From positions 85,994,001-86,058,000 of the forward strand of contig OZ286465.1 of NCBI GenBank assembly GCA_965644265.1: DNA of 64,000 bases, in the 5' to 3' direction. Made by a program: the position numbers and the translations under genes. Within the stretch, counting starts at the first letter, position 1; each line of letters opens with the position of its first letter. The notes beneath the pieces are model-generated. The model was given only the letters and a program-made list of their open reading frames with translations, ran no database searches and was not told the origin of the DNA. The stretch is from Glycera tridactyla (taxonomy: Eukaryota). Shown one piece after another: positions 38,900 through 49,653 of the stretch.

Positions 38900-40188
38900 T
38901 ACTATGAACCAAAACAGGCAGGATTGTATACCTATCAAATCATCCACAAAGTCTGTGCTATATCTCCAATTATCCTGTATATTTTATCAAACTGCACATG
39001 AAATGTGGTAGATGATATGATGGAAACAGACCAGATAGACAAAATCCCTATCCTCGCCATCAAATGCCATCATTATATCCGTGCCTGACAAGTGACGGGG
39101 GAGGGGGGGGGGGGGGGGGGGGCGCTTATAACAGCGATTTCAAGATGATAAAATCCAATCCCTGAATGACTGCATCTTCACCCGTGTCATTAGAGTATAT
39201 ATGTCAATACAATACCCAGCCAACTGTACAACTGATGGCTTACAACTATGGAGCAATACAGCAGTTAGAGCTTTCAAAAGATGGACTGACATCGTACAAG
39301 TATTTAGTGAGTCAAATTACTTGAACATAATTACTCAAACATATCATGAACAGGTTTCACATACCAGCACTTAGCACCAACTTAGCATAATTCCAGATGA
39401 AGATATTGCAATCATTAGTTAGTATTTTCAGATAAGAAGGAACGACTTCTGTTTTCGGTAATTTAAATTACTTAAAAAGAACGAAAACCAAGGACCCACT
39501 TCTTCGGAATTTGCAATCAAGTACCAGGATTTTGCCAAGTGTCAACCTAGATTCTATTGAACATATATTACTATTGGGAATCCATAATGTCTTCATGTAC
39601 TCATTTCCATCCTGAGCAAAAGCTCACTGCTGATTCCGAGATTGACATGTATTTTGACAAGAAAATTTGTAGTTGAATCTGAGGGGTCATTCACTTTCAA
39701 AATATAGATTAATATCAAATAAAAAACATTCATTGTCATGTTGAGAGAGGACTTTCAACAAGTTTTGGAGCAATGACAAATGGATGCGTTCACAGAAAAA
39801 ATACCAGTAGATTTAAACTTCAATCCACACCTGACACCACATAATCCCCTCTAAGCTTTCACCACTAGTTGTACCTAAGAATATGCATGTTGACGTCAGC
39901 CATTTGCATTTATTATCTATGTGGGCTACACCATGAGGCACCAAAACTGAACTCAGCATAGTCAAGATGTCCTTTTCCAATGCATGGCTGCACTGGCATC
40001 GGAAATCTCATGGTATATTTGGCTCAACTATAATACTTTCCTTAGCCTGAGACTGTAGGCCTCATCAACTGATGCTTTAATTTATTTGCCCACCTATGAT
40101 ACCAAATTCCAGACTTTAGGATAAGACTATGGATTGAATGTGCAGTGTGACCAGTGGTGAGCAATTTCAAAGACTAGTAATGCAAGTA

Positions 40189-40366
40189 CAGTAAAACCTG
40201 TCTTGGGAGACCAACCCATACGCCAATGAAAAGTGGACTCTCATGACAGGTGGTTTCTCATTGGGGGTATATTTGACTATGTCAAATAGAGAAGAGCCGA
40301 TAAAGAGCGGTCTCCCATTAGAGGGTGGTCTCCCAAAAAAGGGGTCTCCCAACACAGGTTTCACTG
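40189..40366. mobile_element. pogo/Tigger-like MITE (GAGACC subfamily)
   Basis: TA|CAGTAAAACCTGTC...CACAGGTTTCACTG|TA. Confidence 0.85.
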
Positions 40367-40925
40367 TATTTGCAATGAAATAATGAGCAAAATTTCTACT
40401 TTGCAGAGTAGTAAATGCCAGAATATTGGCCTAAAAAAGTAATTGCTAATCCAAAATGGTATTGGTTCGTAGCAAATGATTTGATTCAATAAGTAGGTGA
40501 GGGCAGGAAATGAGCAGGTGAGGGTTTAGAGGATCAAATGAAAGAGGGGAAGAGGATATGAAGTGTGATAGTGGTGGTCGTGAACAGGTAAGCAGGGTGA
40601 TAAACAGCGGTTAAGTGGTTGTGACAGGTCGAACATAAGCACAAGTAACCCGAGACTGGAAACAATGTGAAATTCGACCTGGCTAAGCAGCTCGAAGGAG
40701 GCACACGAGAGCCCTGCATTTCATGCACAAATGATGCCATTTTGAATCTCAAGTGCGACAGATATATCTCACATAAGAAGTAGTTGCAACTACAAATTTA
40801 CTACCAATGACCAACTCTCAACGTCAGATGTCATCAGATGTCAAAACCAGATGTTAGGTCACCATAGTCAACAAAGTTGACTCTGACGAGAGACCACCTC
40901 TATTGAGAGACCGCAGGTTTTACTG

Positions 40926-41485
40926 TAGGGTCATTCCATGGTATTCCGGACATGCACTTTCATTTTTCAAATTTAGTAGTCAGTTGAAATTTTTATTCCA
41001 AATCATCGTCAACAAGTTCAAGTGTCGGGGAACAACTTCGTTTTGGTCAGAATTTGGAGACTTTGGTAAATATTGCGGTTTTGGGGTAAAAAGTCACCTT
41101 TTTGAGCGTTGCGGACGGACAAATTTCATATTGCCATAACTTTGATTTGCAGAATCATACGAGTCTCAAATTTGATAACAGACATCCTTCACCTATGTTA
41201 TTTATGAAAACTATTGTTTTGGTCCAGATTTTTGGAAATTTTGGAGAAAAAAAACAATTTTTTGAAAAAATAATGTCCGTCTGCAACACTCAACCTTCAA
41301 AAGTTCACTTTTTTTGAAGAAATTTCAAATTGTCTTTTTCAAGACTTCAGTTCCTCTTAAAAAATGCAGAGATGATGGTAGGTGGTGAGTTATGAATGAA
41401 TATCTCTGCAACTTTTTTTTTTATTAAGATTTCGAAAAGTGTCCGTCCGCAACGCTCAAAAAGTGTCCGTCCGCAACGCCCTTAA
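40926..41485. mobile_element. DNA-transposon-like remnant with GTCCGTCCGCAAC repeats
   Basis: TGTCCGTCCGCAACGC twice at 41430-41480, a degenerate copy near 41275 and an inverted copy at 41101-41121. Ends CCCTTAA. Superfamily and left end uncertain. Confidence 0.5.
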
Positions 41486-43244
41486 AGCATCTATCAGCAA
41501 CACTCAGTGTTTGGTAAAAAAAATCTACCAATAAGTGTTTAGCTCATTTTGGATATCACTCAAAATACTTACAATATAATGGTCATTGATTATTCCACCC
41601 CTTGACCCTTTCATGCTCGGATGATCCCCAAAATTTCATCGAAAAATGTGTCTTTCAATCACAACTTGCAACCTTGGATATGATCATATAGTCTGACTTG
41701 GGGAATATGCCGAGCAAATTTGGCATGAAGAATAACCCACTTAATTCATTGGTTGAAAACAATATGAATACGGTTGCAATGAAGGAAGGGTCGAGTGCAC
41801 TCACCATGTGTTTTAATGTCTCACCCCCCCCCCCCCCATTCCTCCACCACACCTTGCTGAGCAAGCTAGCTGGGAGGGTAGAGTGAGTGATGAGTAGATG
41901 ACCTGCACTGAGCACCCTATCCATATACAGTAGTTGCTCACCAATTTGTGAGCAGATCTGGCCTAGTTGCAAGCAGTGAGCAGATCGGGGGGGGGGGGGG
42001 GGGGGGTGTCCATAGGTAGATAAAGCAACCCCCCTGCCCCCTCCCTCACAGTTAGAAAGGTGGATGAGCAAGTGGGGAGGGGATGCATCAGGCACACTTA
42101 TACCTGCAGATCATCACTAACAAAGAGTCACCTGAACCATACATTTGTTCTATTGAAGAACAACTTACTTCGTGTGAATGAAGCTGAAAATTGGATATTT
42201 TCATGATTTTGAGAAAAATTGGTGAAAAAGGTGAAATTTGATCAAAACAGGAGAAAAATGACAGGGTGATTTCATAGAAATATCAATATGCTCCTCATCT
42301 GTCATTAATATACTTAATATAAGAAGATATACACATGTTTTTCCAGGGTATGGTAAATTGTGTTAGTACACCTCACATAACAAGGACAAATGTGTCCATC
42401 CACAGCAGTCAAGTGTCACTGCGCAACCCACCATTTTTCCATGTTTTTCCCTGATTTTTGAGAGCTCAAAATGTGAAATAGACATGAAACCTGGATCAAT
42501 GTCCCCTTTATTCAAGTCCCATTTATTCAGCCTAGCTGGGAAGTCTCTGATTGCAGAGCGGTGGTCTTAGGATAAAATAATCATTGTAGCGCATCATTTT
42601 CCTTAAAAATTCACATAATGGAGTGGGTCAAGGGGTTAGGTCATTTGACTAAAGGGTGGGAAGAGAGGTGGGGGCATATGGCAAGCAACTGGAGGTGTGG
42701 GCTCCAGTGACAATAGTTGGGACCTGGGGAAAATATTTGTTTTTGTAGGAGTTACATAAAGAAGTCACTATACAAGGAAGGCAGGGGGCTTCAAAGTGAC
42801 AGAGAAGCCAGCTGTCATAACAAGGAATGAAAATCTACAGAAACAAAACCCTGCTGCACCTGTACAAAGACTGAAGAGAAAGGAGCGCCCTCTGTCTACA
42901 TCCAGAATGTCAACAGATGCTTCAATTTTAAATCACAGGAAAAACATCAAAAGATGATGACTCCAGCAGAGGTGATGGATGCTGTGGCCTTTATCTGATG
43001 AGATGTCTTTTGTAATGAGCATCCCAACAAAAGGAAATGTTTGCCTTAAAAAAACACAGTGCAATTATCTGTCATCTCATCTTCAGGTCCTGCTTTCACC
43101 AACTACAAAAAAAAAACATTGAAAAAGTCAAAATGTTTTGGACAGGAGATTATAATCAATTGTCAGCACAGAAGGTTTCTCAAAGTTGCATCCCATTCAT
43201 ACAGTAGAATCTTTGGTGATTGGAAGACCACATAAAGAATATTG

Positions 43245-44052
43245 CAACACGAAACCAGTCTAAATGTCACAAAAAGGCAATCTCTAAAGAGGTGGTCTCT
43301 TCCCAGCTGTATATTTGACTCTATTGGAAAGAAAGATACCGTATTCTCCCTAATTAGCGCCCCAGGGCGCTTGCTAATCGAGAAAGGGGGGCGCTTATTT
43401 GTTCATCATATGAAAAATCGCCGATGGGCGATAATAGAGTATTTTCGCGAATATAACGCCAATGCTGACGAAATATCAATGAAACATTTGATAAACACTG
43501 ATAAACGTATCACTTGGATTCTATTCGTCTCTCATACGAGAAAAAACGAGAAAATTACTAGCATATGACAAAGATTCGCCAAATGAACAGTGATGAATAG
43601 CAGCGTCTGCTGCCGTCTGTATAACCAGTCCCACTTTGACAAGTCAATCCCGTGTTTTCAGACATAGATTTCCGCGATCAAAACCCACGAAATATCGAAC
43701 TAACAGTAAAAACGATGGTGCAAATAAATTCCTAGGTATGAAATCGTGTGGTATCCATGCATAAATCTCTCAAATCCGTCTGATATTCGCCAAAAAAGCG
43801 GAAATATCGAGCGGCAGGGAATAGCGTTTTCATCAACGTGCGTGCCGCCATGTTGGATCTGGCCTCCTCGCTGGCTCAGAAAGTGCGGGAAATTCAAACA
43901 TCAGTGACTATCAAAGCCGACCAGCAACTTCTCCCTCCCGTGGGGGGGGGGGGCGCTTATGAGGGTCGGGCGCTAATTAGGGAGAATATGGTAGTCTGAA
44001 AACTGGTTTCCCATTAGAGGTGGTTCCTTGTTTGGGTTGACAGGCCTAACTG
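43245..44052. mobile_element. pogo-like MITE split by the 43339-43991 insertion
   Basis: Removing the insert restores ...GGTGGTCTCTT...GTATATTTGACT...AAAGA[TA]GTCTGAAAACTGGTTTCCCATTAGAGGTGG...AACTGTA, collinear with the copy at 40189. Confidence 0.7.
43339..43991. mobile_element. 653-bp non-autonomous Tc1/mariner-superfamily (pogo-like) element, nested
   Basis: 24-bp TIR CCGTATTCTCCCTAATTAGCGCCC / GGGCGCTAATTAGGGAGAATATGG (1 mismatch), TA on both flanks, CpG-rich interior, no recognisable transposase ORF. Confidence 0.88.
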
Positions 44053-44760
44053 TATTTCATGGATTTCTAAAACAGGATATGACCTAATGAAATTCCAGTT
44101 TTTGAAGAATCCTTCATACTTTGCATGCTACTGTTGGCATGATAGTTTTTTTTTGGCATGATAGTTGTTTGGGGCCTCTAGGGTATTTGAAGAATTATCA
44201 ATGATTCAAGAGGGGAGTTACAATACAGGATTCTTCTCAGAGCCACACCTCATTTCCTCCTAACAAAAGCCAACCCATAATATCAGCTGATATAAATTTA
44301 ATGGATATTTTTGATTAAGGTCAGCATCAGTGGATTCATCTGAAAGCATGTGTGTGTTTTGGATTGGTACAATAGCCCTTGAGTTGAAACTCATTACATC
44401 TACAACAAGTCAAATTTTGAGAACCATCTTCACAATACAAATAGATTTGCTCTGGAATGAAACCAATTCACCCACACATTACACAGAGCACCACCTTTGG
44501 TAGGGTTTGCCATCCTTTCCAGACAAGAAAGGACTGCCAACCTCAATACAGTGGCCAATTTAATCGACAATGCCTTCCTGCAAATGCCCCATCATTCTCT
44601 ATTAGGCAAAAATTAATAAAATCATATCAACTGTCCACATCCACTCGTCATTCCATGATTAACATCATATTTCCATCAAATGTGGACCCTCTCCACCCCA
44701 CCTGGCTGATCACTCCCCAGTAATGACTAGATAATCAAAGAAATGAGTATAATCTATTTC

Positions 44761-46083
44761 AAACAAGTCATTACATTGTGTAAGTTTGGTGAATATCCAT
44801 CAGAGCTGGCTTGAATTAGAGTGTAAAATGGGAAAATCTATAAATAGCTCCTGTGACCTTGACCTTTGACCTGGGGTCACATGCATCGAAAGGGAGGTGG
44901 CCTACCATTTGGTCATTACTTTGTGTAAGTTTGGTGCATATCCATCAAAGCTGGCTTGAGTTAGTGTAAAATGGGGAAATCTATAAATAGCTCCTGTGAC
45001 CTTGACCTTTGACCTGGGGTCACATGCATCGAAAGGGAGGTGGCCCTACCATTAGGTCATTACTTTGTGTAAGTTTGGCGCATATCCATCGGAGCTGGCT
45101 TGAGTTAGGGTGTAAAATGCGGAAATCTATAAATAGCTCCTGTGACCTTGACCTTTGACCTGGGGTCACATGCATCGAAAAGGAGGTGGCCTACCATTAG
45201 GTCATCACTTTGTGTGAGTTTGGTGCATATCCATCGAAGCTCGCTTGAGTTAGAGTGTAAAATGAGGAAATCTATAAATAGCTCCTGTGACCTTGACCTT
45301 TGACCTAGGGTCACACGCATCGAAAGGGAGGTGGCCTACCATAAGGTCATTACTTTGCGTGACTCTGATGCATATCCATTCAGGCTAACTTGAGTTAGAG
45401 TGTGAAAAAAGAAAATTTATAAATAGCTCCTGTGACCTTTGACCTTTGACCTGGGGTCACATGCATCGAAAAGGAGGTGGCCTACCATTAAGTCATTACT
45501 TTGTGTAAGTTTGGTGCATATCCATCAAAGCTCGCTTGAGTTAGAGTGTAAAATGGGGAAATCTATAAATAGCTCCTGTGACCTTGACCTTTGACATGGG
45601 GTCACATGCATCGAAAGGGAGGTGGCCTACCATCAAGTCATTACATTGTGTAAGTTTGGTGAATATCCATCAGAGCTGGCTTGAATTAGAGTGTAAAATG
45701 GGAAAATCTATAAATAGCTCCTGTGACCTTGACCTTTGACCTGGGGTCACATGCATCGAAAGGGAGGTGGCCCAACATTGGGTCATTACTTTATGTAAGT
45801 TTGGTGCATATCCATCGAGGCTAACTTGAGTTAGAGTGTAAAATAAGAAAATCTATAAATAGCTCCTGTGACCTTGACCTTTGACCTTTGGGTACGAAAA
45901 TCAAATTCTCTGATACGATTTTTTCATAGATCACAGTTATGAAGTTTTATGAAAATTGGACCAGCCAATTGAAAGTTATTGCATGAAATGTGAGCGGACG
46001 GACGGACGGACGTACGTACGTACGTACGTACGGACGCCGGAGGTGAAACTATTATACCCCGCTTTTTCAAAAGCGGGGTATAA
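44761..46083 (-). mobile_element. Helentron/DINE-1-like (HINE) non-autonomous element with central tandem array
   Basis: Terminal palindrome TTATACCCCGCTTTT-TC-AAAAGCGGGGTATAA (46052-46083) next to an A run, (GGAC)n(GTAC)n microsatellite at 45995-46036, a core, then a 145-bp array. This is the DINE-1/pearl-type layout. The left terminus is not resolved. Confidence 0.75.
44765..45888 (+). repeat. Tandem array of about 7.7 units of 144-146 bp
   Basis: The anchor GTCA recurs at 44767, 44911, 45056, 45201, 45346, 45492, 45637 and 45782. Each unit contains ATAAATAGCTCCTGTGACCTTGACCTTTGAC or a close variant. Confidence 0.97.
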
Positions 46084-49000
46084 AAAAAAATTTTGTTCCA
46101 TCAACAAACAAACTTTGGTAGCTCTAGATAACTAGAAAATGGCTGGCAGAGTCAGCATGAGCAACAATCATTCCACGCTTTCATAAAAAGATGATATTTC
46201 AGAATTTGTATACCTTCAAAGCAGAATGTTTACATTCACACCACAATGTGTTCAAGCAGTGTTCCAAGGGTAACAAAGGATGTTTCCCAGCAACACCAAA
46301 GACTCTTGCGTGGAATTCAAACATCTCGAGAAACCTTACAAAAATATTTTCCTCCCGAGAGGATAAGTGACTTTTTTGCAGCAGACAAAGGAAAGTCTAC
46401 ATTCTAGTTTACTTACAGCTTAGACTTCGATGAAATAGCATGGGGCATTAGAGAGAAGTTCATAAGGGGAGGTGGGAAACAGCTTTCCTACCAACCTATA
46501 ATGGTGCGATTGTCATTCTCCAAGTTCATCAGAGAGAATCATAACAGGAATATCATAAATAACTGCACGACATAAAACAATTGTTGGCATCTATAAGAAA
46601 TTAATATAAGAGGCACATTATGTCAATGAGGATGGAATGTTGGTTAACATCCTGGGTGATTCCAGCAGTAGTAAGCAGAGACTAAACACGGAGAGTTTCA
46701 GTCTGCATAGTCGAAGCCAGACTGATAGGAGTTCACTGGTGCATGACAGGGTGAGGGGGTTGCGTGAATCCTTCAGCCAGCAAAATCCTTGTTGGAGGAA
46801 GACGAAGTAAAAGGGACCAATGCAGAAGATGAGCAGACACACAAAGGGAACATGATAACTGCCCATCTACCTGACTGCATTTAACTGTCCCCACCCCTGA
46901 TTACGAATACGTTGACAAATACGTTGCCAACCCTTGCACCCAGGACAAGAGCGCCCAGGTGATTTGGCCTTAAAGAATAAGCATCACATTCGTAAGAAAT
47001 AGCACTCTGGAGATGATATTCATCACCTTCATAACTTGATCTGGTGGTGTCAATAATACTACAATGTACAGCACATTTGTAGTCTCCAAATAAATCAACC
47101 GGGCTAAATTATGAGAATCTGAATTTTACATTGAAATGAGTTTCCTATCTTAATTTTCTGCTGAATCAAATGTCAAAATACTGAGAAGTGAGGAGGCAAC
47201 CTTGCAGTGAATTTTGATCATTTATCAAACTTGCTGGTATTGGAAATAATCTCACCAGGTTTCATCATGCTATGGATACCAGCAATACTTAACCAGTACC
47301 TTCCTGGCCTCACACGTAAATGTCGTCTTATATAGTCACCATTATGTCTGATATGACTAGCTGACGAAGAGAATCGCTAAAGATGTAGAGATCTATGTCT
47401 TCAAAGGAGGATTAAATTATTGTCAAATTAGAGCAATTCAGCATGATGAATGGGTTAAAACTGAGATGAGAAACTGGAAGAGCAGGTATGACACTCTCAA
47501 TGCCAGTTACAAGGGATGAGGTAACCCATCCAAGTCCCATACCCCTCCCCTATTATACCAGAGATACCCAGTCTTTGTTGTACCTTGTCAATCAGTCATC
47601 ACCTGGACAAACTCTTACCCAACACCACACAAGATGTGGTATTCCCCAAGCTTACATCTGTCAATATACATTCAGCGATCTGATTCCAAGGACAAATGCC
47701 TTAGAATTGATGACTAATTGATGAACAAATTCCAGTGAATGGAGTATTCCACACTCATCTTGTATATTTTGTGTCATATTGTTGAATTGTTGATTTCTTG
47801 TATTGTACTAAAAGCACAATAAAGGGAGGCATGGAAGGGTTACCTTCATCTCAGGGTTGACACTTATTCCCAAACAAAATAAATACATTCAATCAATCAA
47901 TTAAGAATGATCAAGATGAATTCTAACCTGGAAGATCACAAAATACTACTCCAATAAAATTCCAAGATCCAGATATGGGAAGTTCAAAATTCCATCAAAA
48001 TTTTAGCTTCAGGGTGAGACATTGAGCCTTCGGATCACTTGATCATGGATAAATAACCTTTAAATTGTGGTTGCTGATCTGTAGAATTCACTCTGCCATG
48101 TCTAATTCCCAGATGACATACATTTTATGTAAGAATCCAGTTGTCGACAAGACACAAGTTTAAACTTGTCCCACACAGTAAGACGATCCTCTGTTGAATG
48201 AACCCTTGCATCATACCCTGATGGTATTTATTGAAAACTGTTCAAGGGTGTTCTCCAATCTCATCTTCCTTACAAGGAAACATTATCTAGAATGTCAAAA
48301 GAAGATACCTAACCACATTGGGAATGAACCCTCTAAATTCCAACTCAGCAATCACGGAATCTAAGGAGATTCACACCTATCAATGTACACCTGGTGCCTC
48401 CAGCAGCTGCGAGTACCAGATTATGCAAGGTGCTACTTTATCACCAATCACACCCCAATTAACATCACAATCACCATCAGCTTGATCTCTGCAGATCACC
48501 CATCATTGATGATCACCAATTATTTATACTAAAAGACTGGCATGCTCATAAGGATTAACGCTTTCCTACTCAGAGCAGTACATGAAATGAGAATTCCTTA
48601 TTCAAAATAAACATAAATCTTGATTTGATCAACATCAATACTGATTTCAAGTAATACAACTCTCTACAAAGCACCCACAGCATACACAATCCTCTAGGTT
48701 GATACATGTACATGCTGTTTAACCACCTGTCTACAAAGAGCACTTTCAAATGAGACCAAGGGTGGACTTTGGAGACATATTCAACAGTGGCCAACTTTTG
48801 GAAAGCTAGCTGTTACCACATAAATGATGTGAGTGACCTGTGAATGGACTAAAGAGCATCCCACCCGACTAGACAAATACTGAAGGGTTGAGGGTTGAGT
48901 GAAGTAAGGGGACCGACCAGCTTTAATGTAGCATGAGTAATACAAACCCCTGCCATCTGTAAGCAAGCCACTTCAGGCCCACCCTGAATTAATATCAGGT

Positions 49001-49432
49001 TTCTTTCAAGCCTTTCCTCTGGCGGCAGCTTAGCTGGCCGAGGGTAATGACCGAGTCTGGGGTACTACACTGAGCTCAGATGTAATCCCCAACAAGCCCC
49101 CCCCCCCCACCCCCCACCCCAACACTGTCCCAAATCCCCTAGACTAGAGCAACACTTCCCCAAGCTAAGATCTGCAACCTGCCTGCTTCAGCCTGTTGAC
49201 AGACAGAGTTCCGTCCACTCTGGATGACTCAAACACATCATACTGGCCACCCATTAAGCAAGGTTGCAACAGGATTTCCAAATTGGGTGGAGTTGGGGTG
49301 TAGCGGGGGGGGGGGTGGAGTGGGTTCATCTAATATCAATGAGTGCAACGCTCTTCTTGATTCAGGGGGCATCATGGCCCCTGAATATTTTGAAAAGGAG
49401 CAAACATGCAATAAAGGTGTGAAATGCCCTCA

Positions 49433-49653
49433 CAGGGCTCTACATTAACTTTTTTCTTCAGCTGTCCTTCGGGCAGGTGTGGTAGGTTTTCACCTGCCCT
49501 CCCTGTCGTTTTTACCCGCCCTCCTGTATATAATCATAGGCCAAATAATGCTTAGGTACCTGCCCATCGGGCAGGTGGACTGATGAAATCACCTGCCCGA
49601 ACTACAAATTTGCCTGCCTGCGCCAGTAGGGCAATCCTTGGTGTAGAGCCCTG
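49433..49653. mobile_element. 221-bp hAT-like MITE
   Basis: Perfect 12-bp TIR CAGGGCTCTACA / TGTAGAGCCCTG, repeated GGCAGGTG/CACCTGCC motifs, flanks CCTCA / CTTCA. Confidence 0.75.

Noticed and set aside
43242-43568. 108-aa ORF spanning a MITE junction
   Set aside because: Chimeric across a nested TE boundary with no transposase features.
44765-45888. Regular repeat array considered as CRISPR
   Set aside because: Whole 145-bp units repeat with no unique spacers, the context is eukaryotic and there are no cas genes.
49020-49080. A-box-like TGGCCGAGGGTAA suggesting a tRNA
   Set aside because: No B box or cloverleaf follows.
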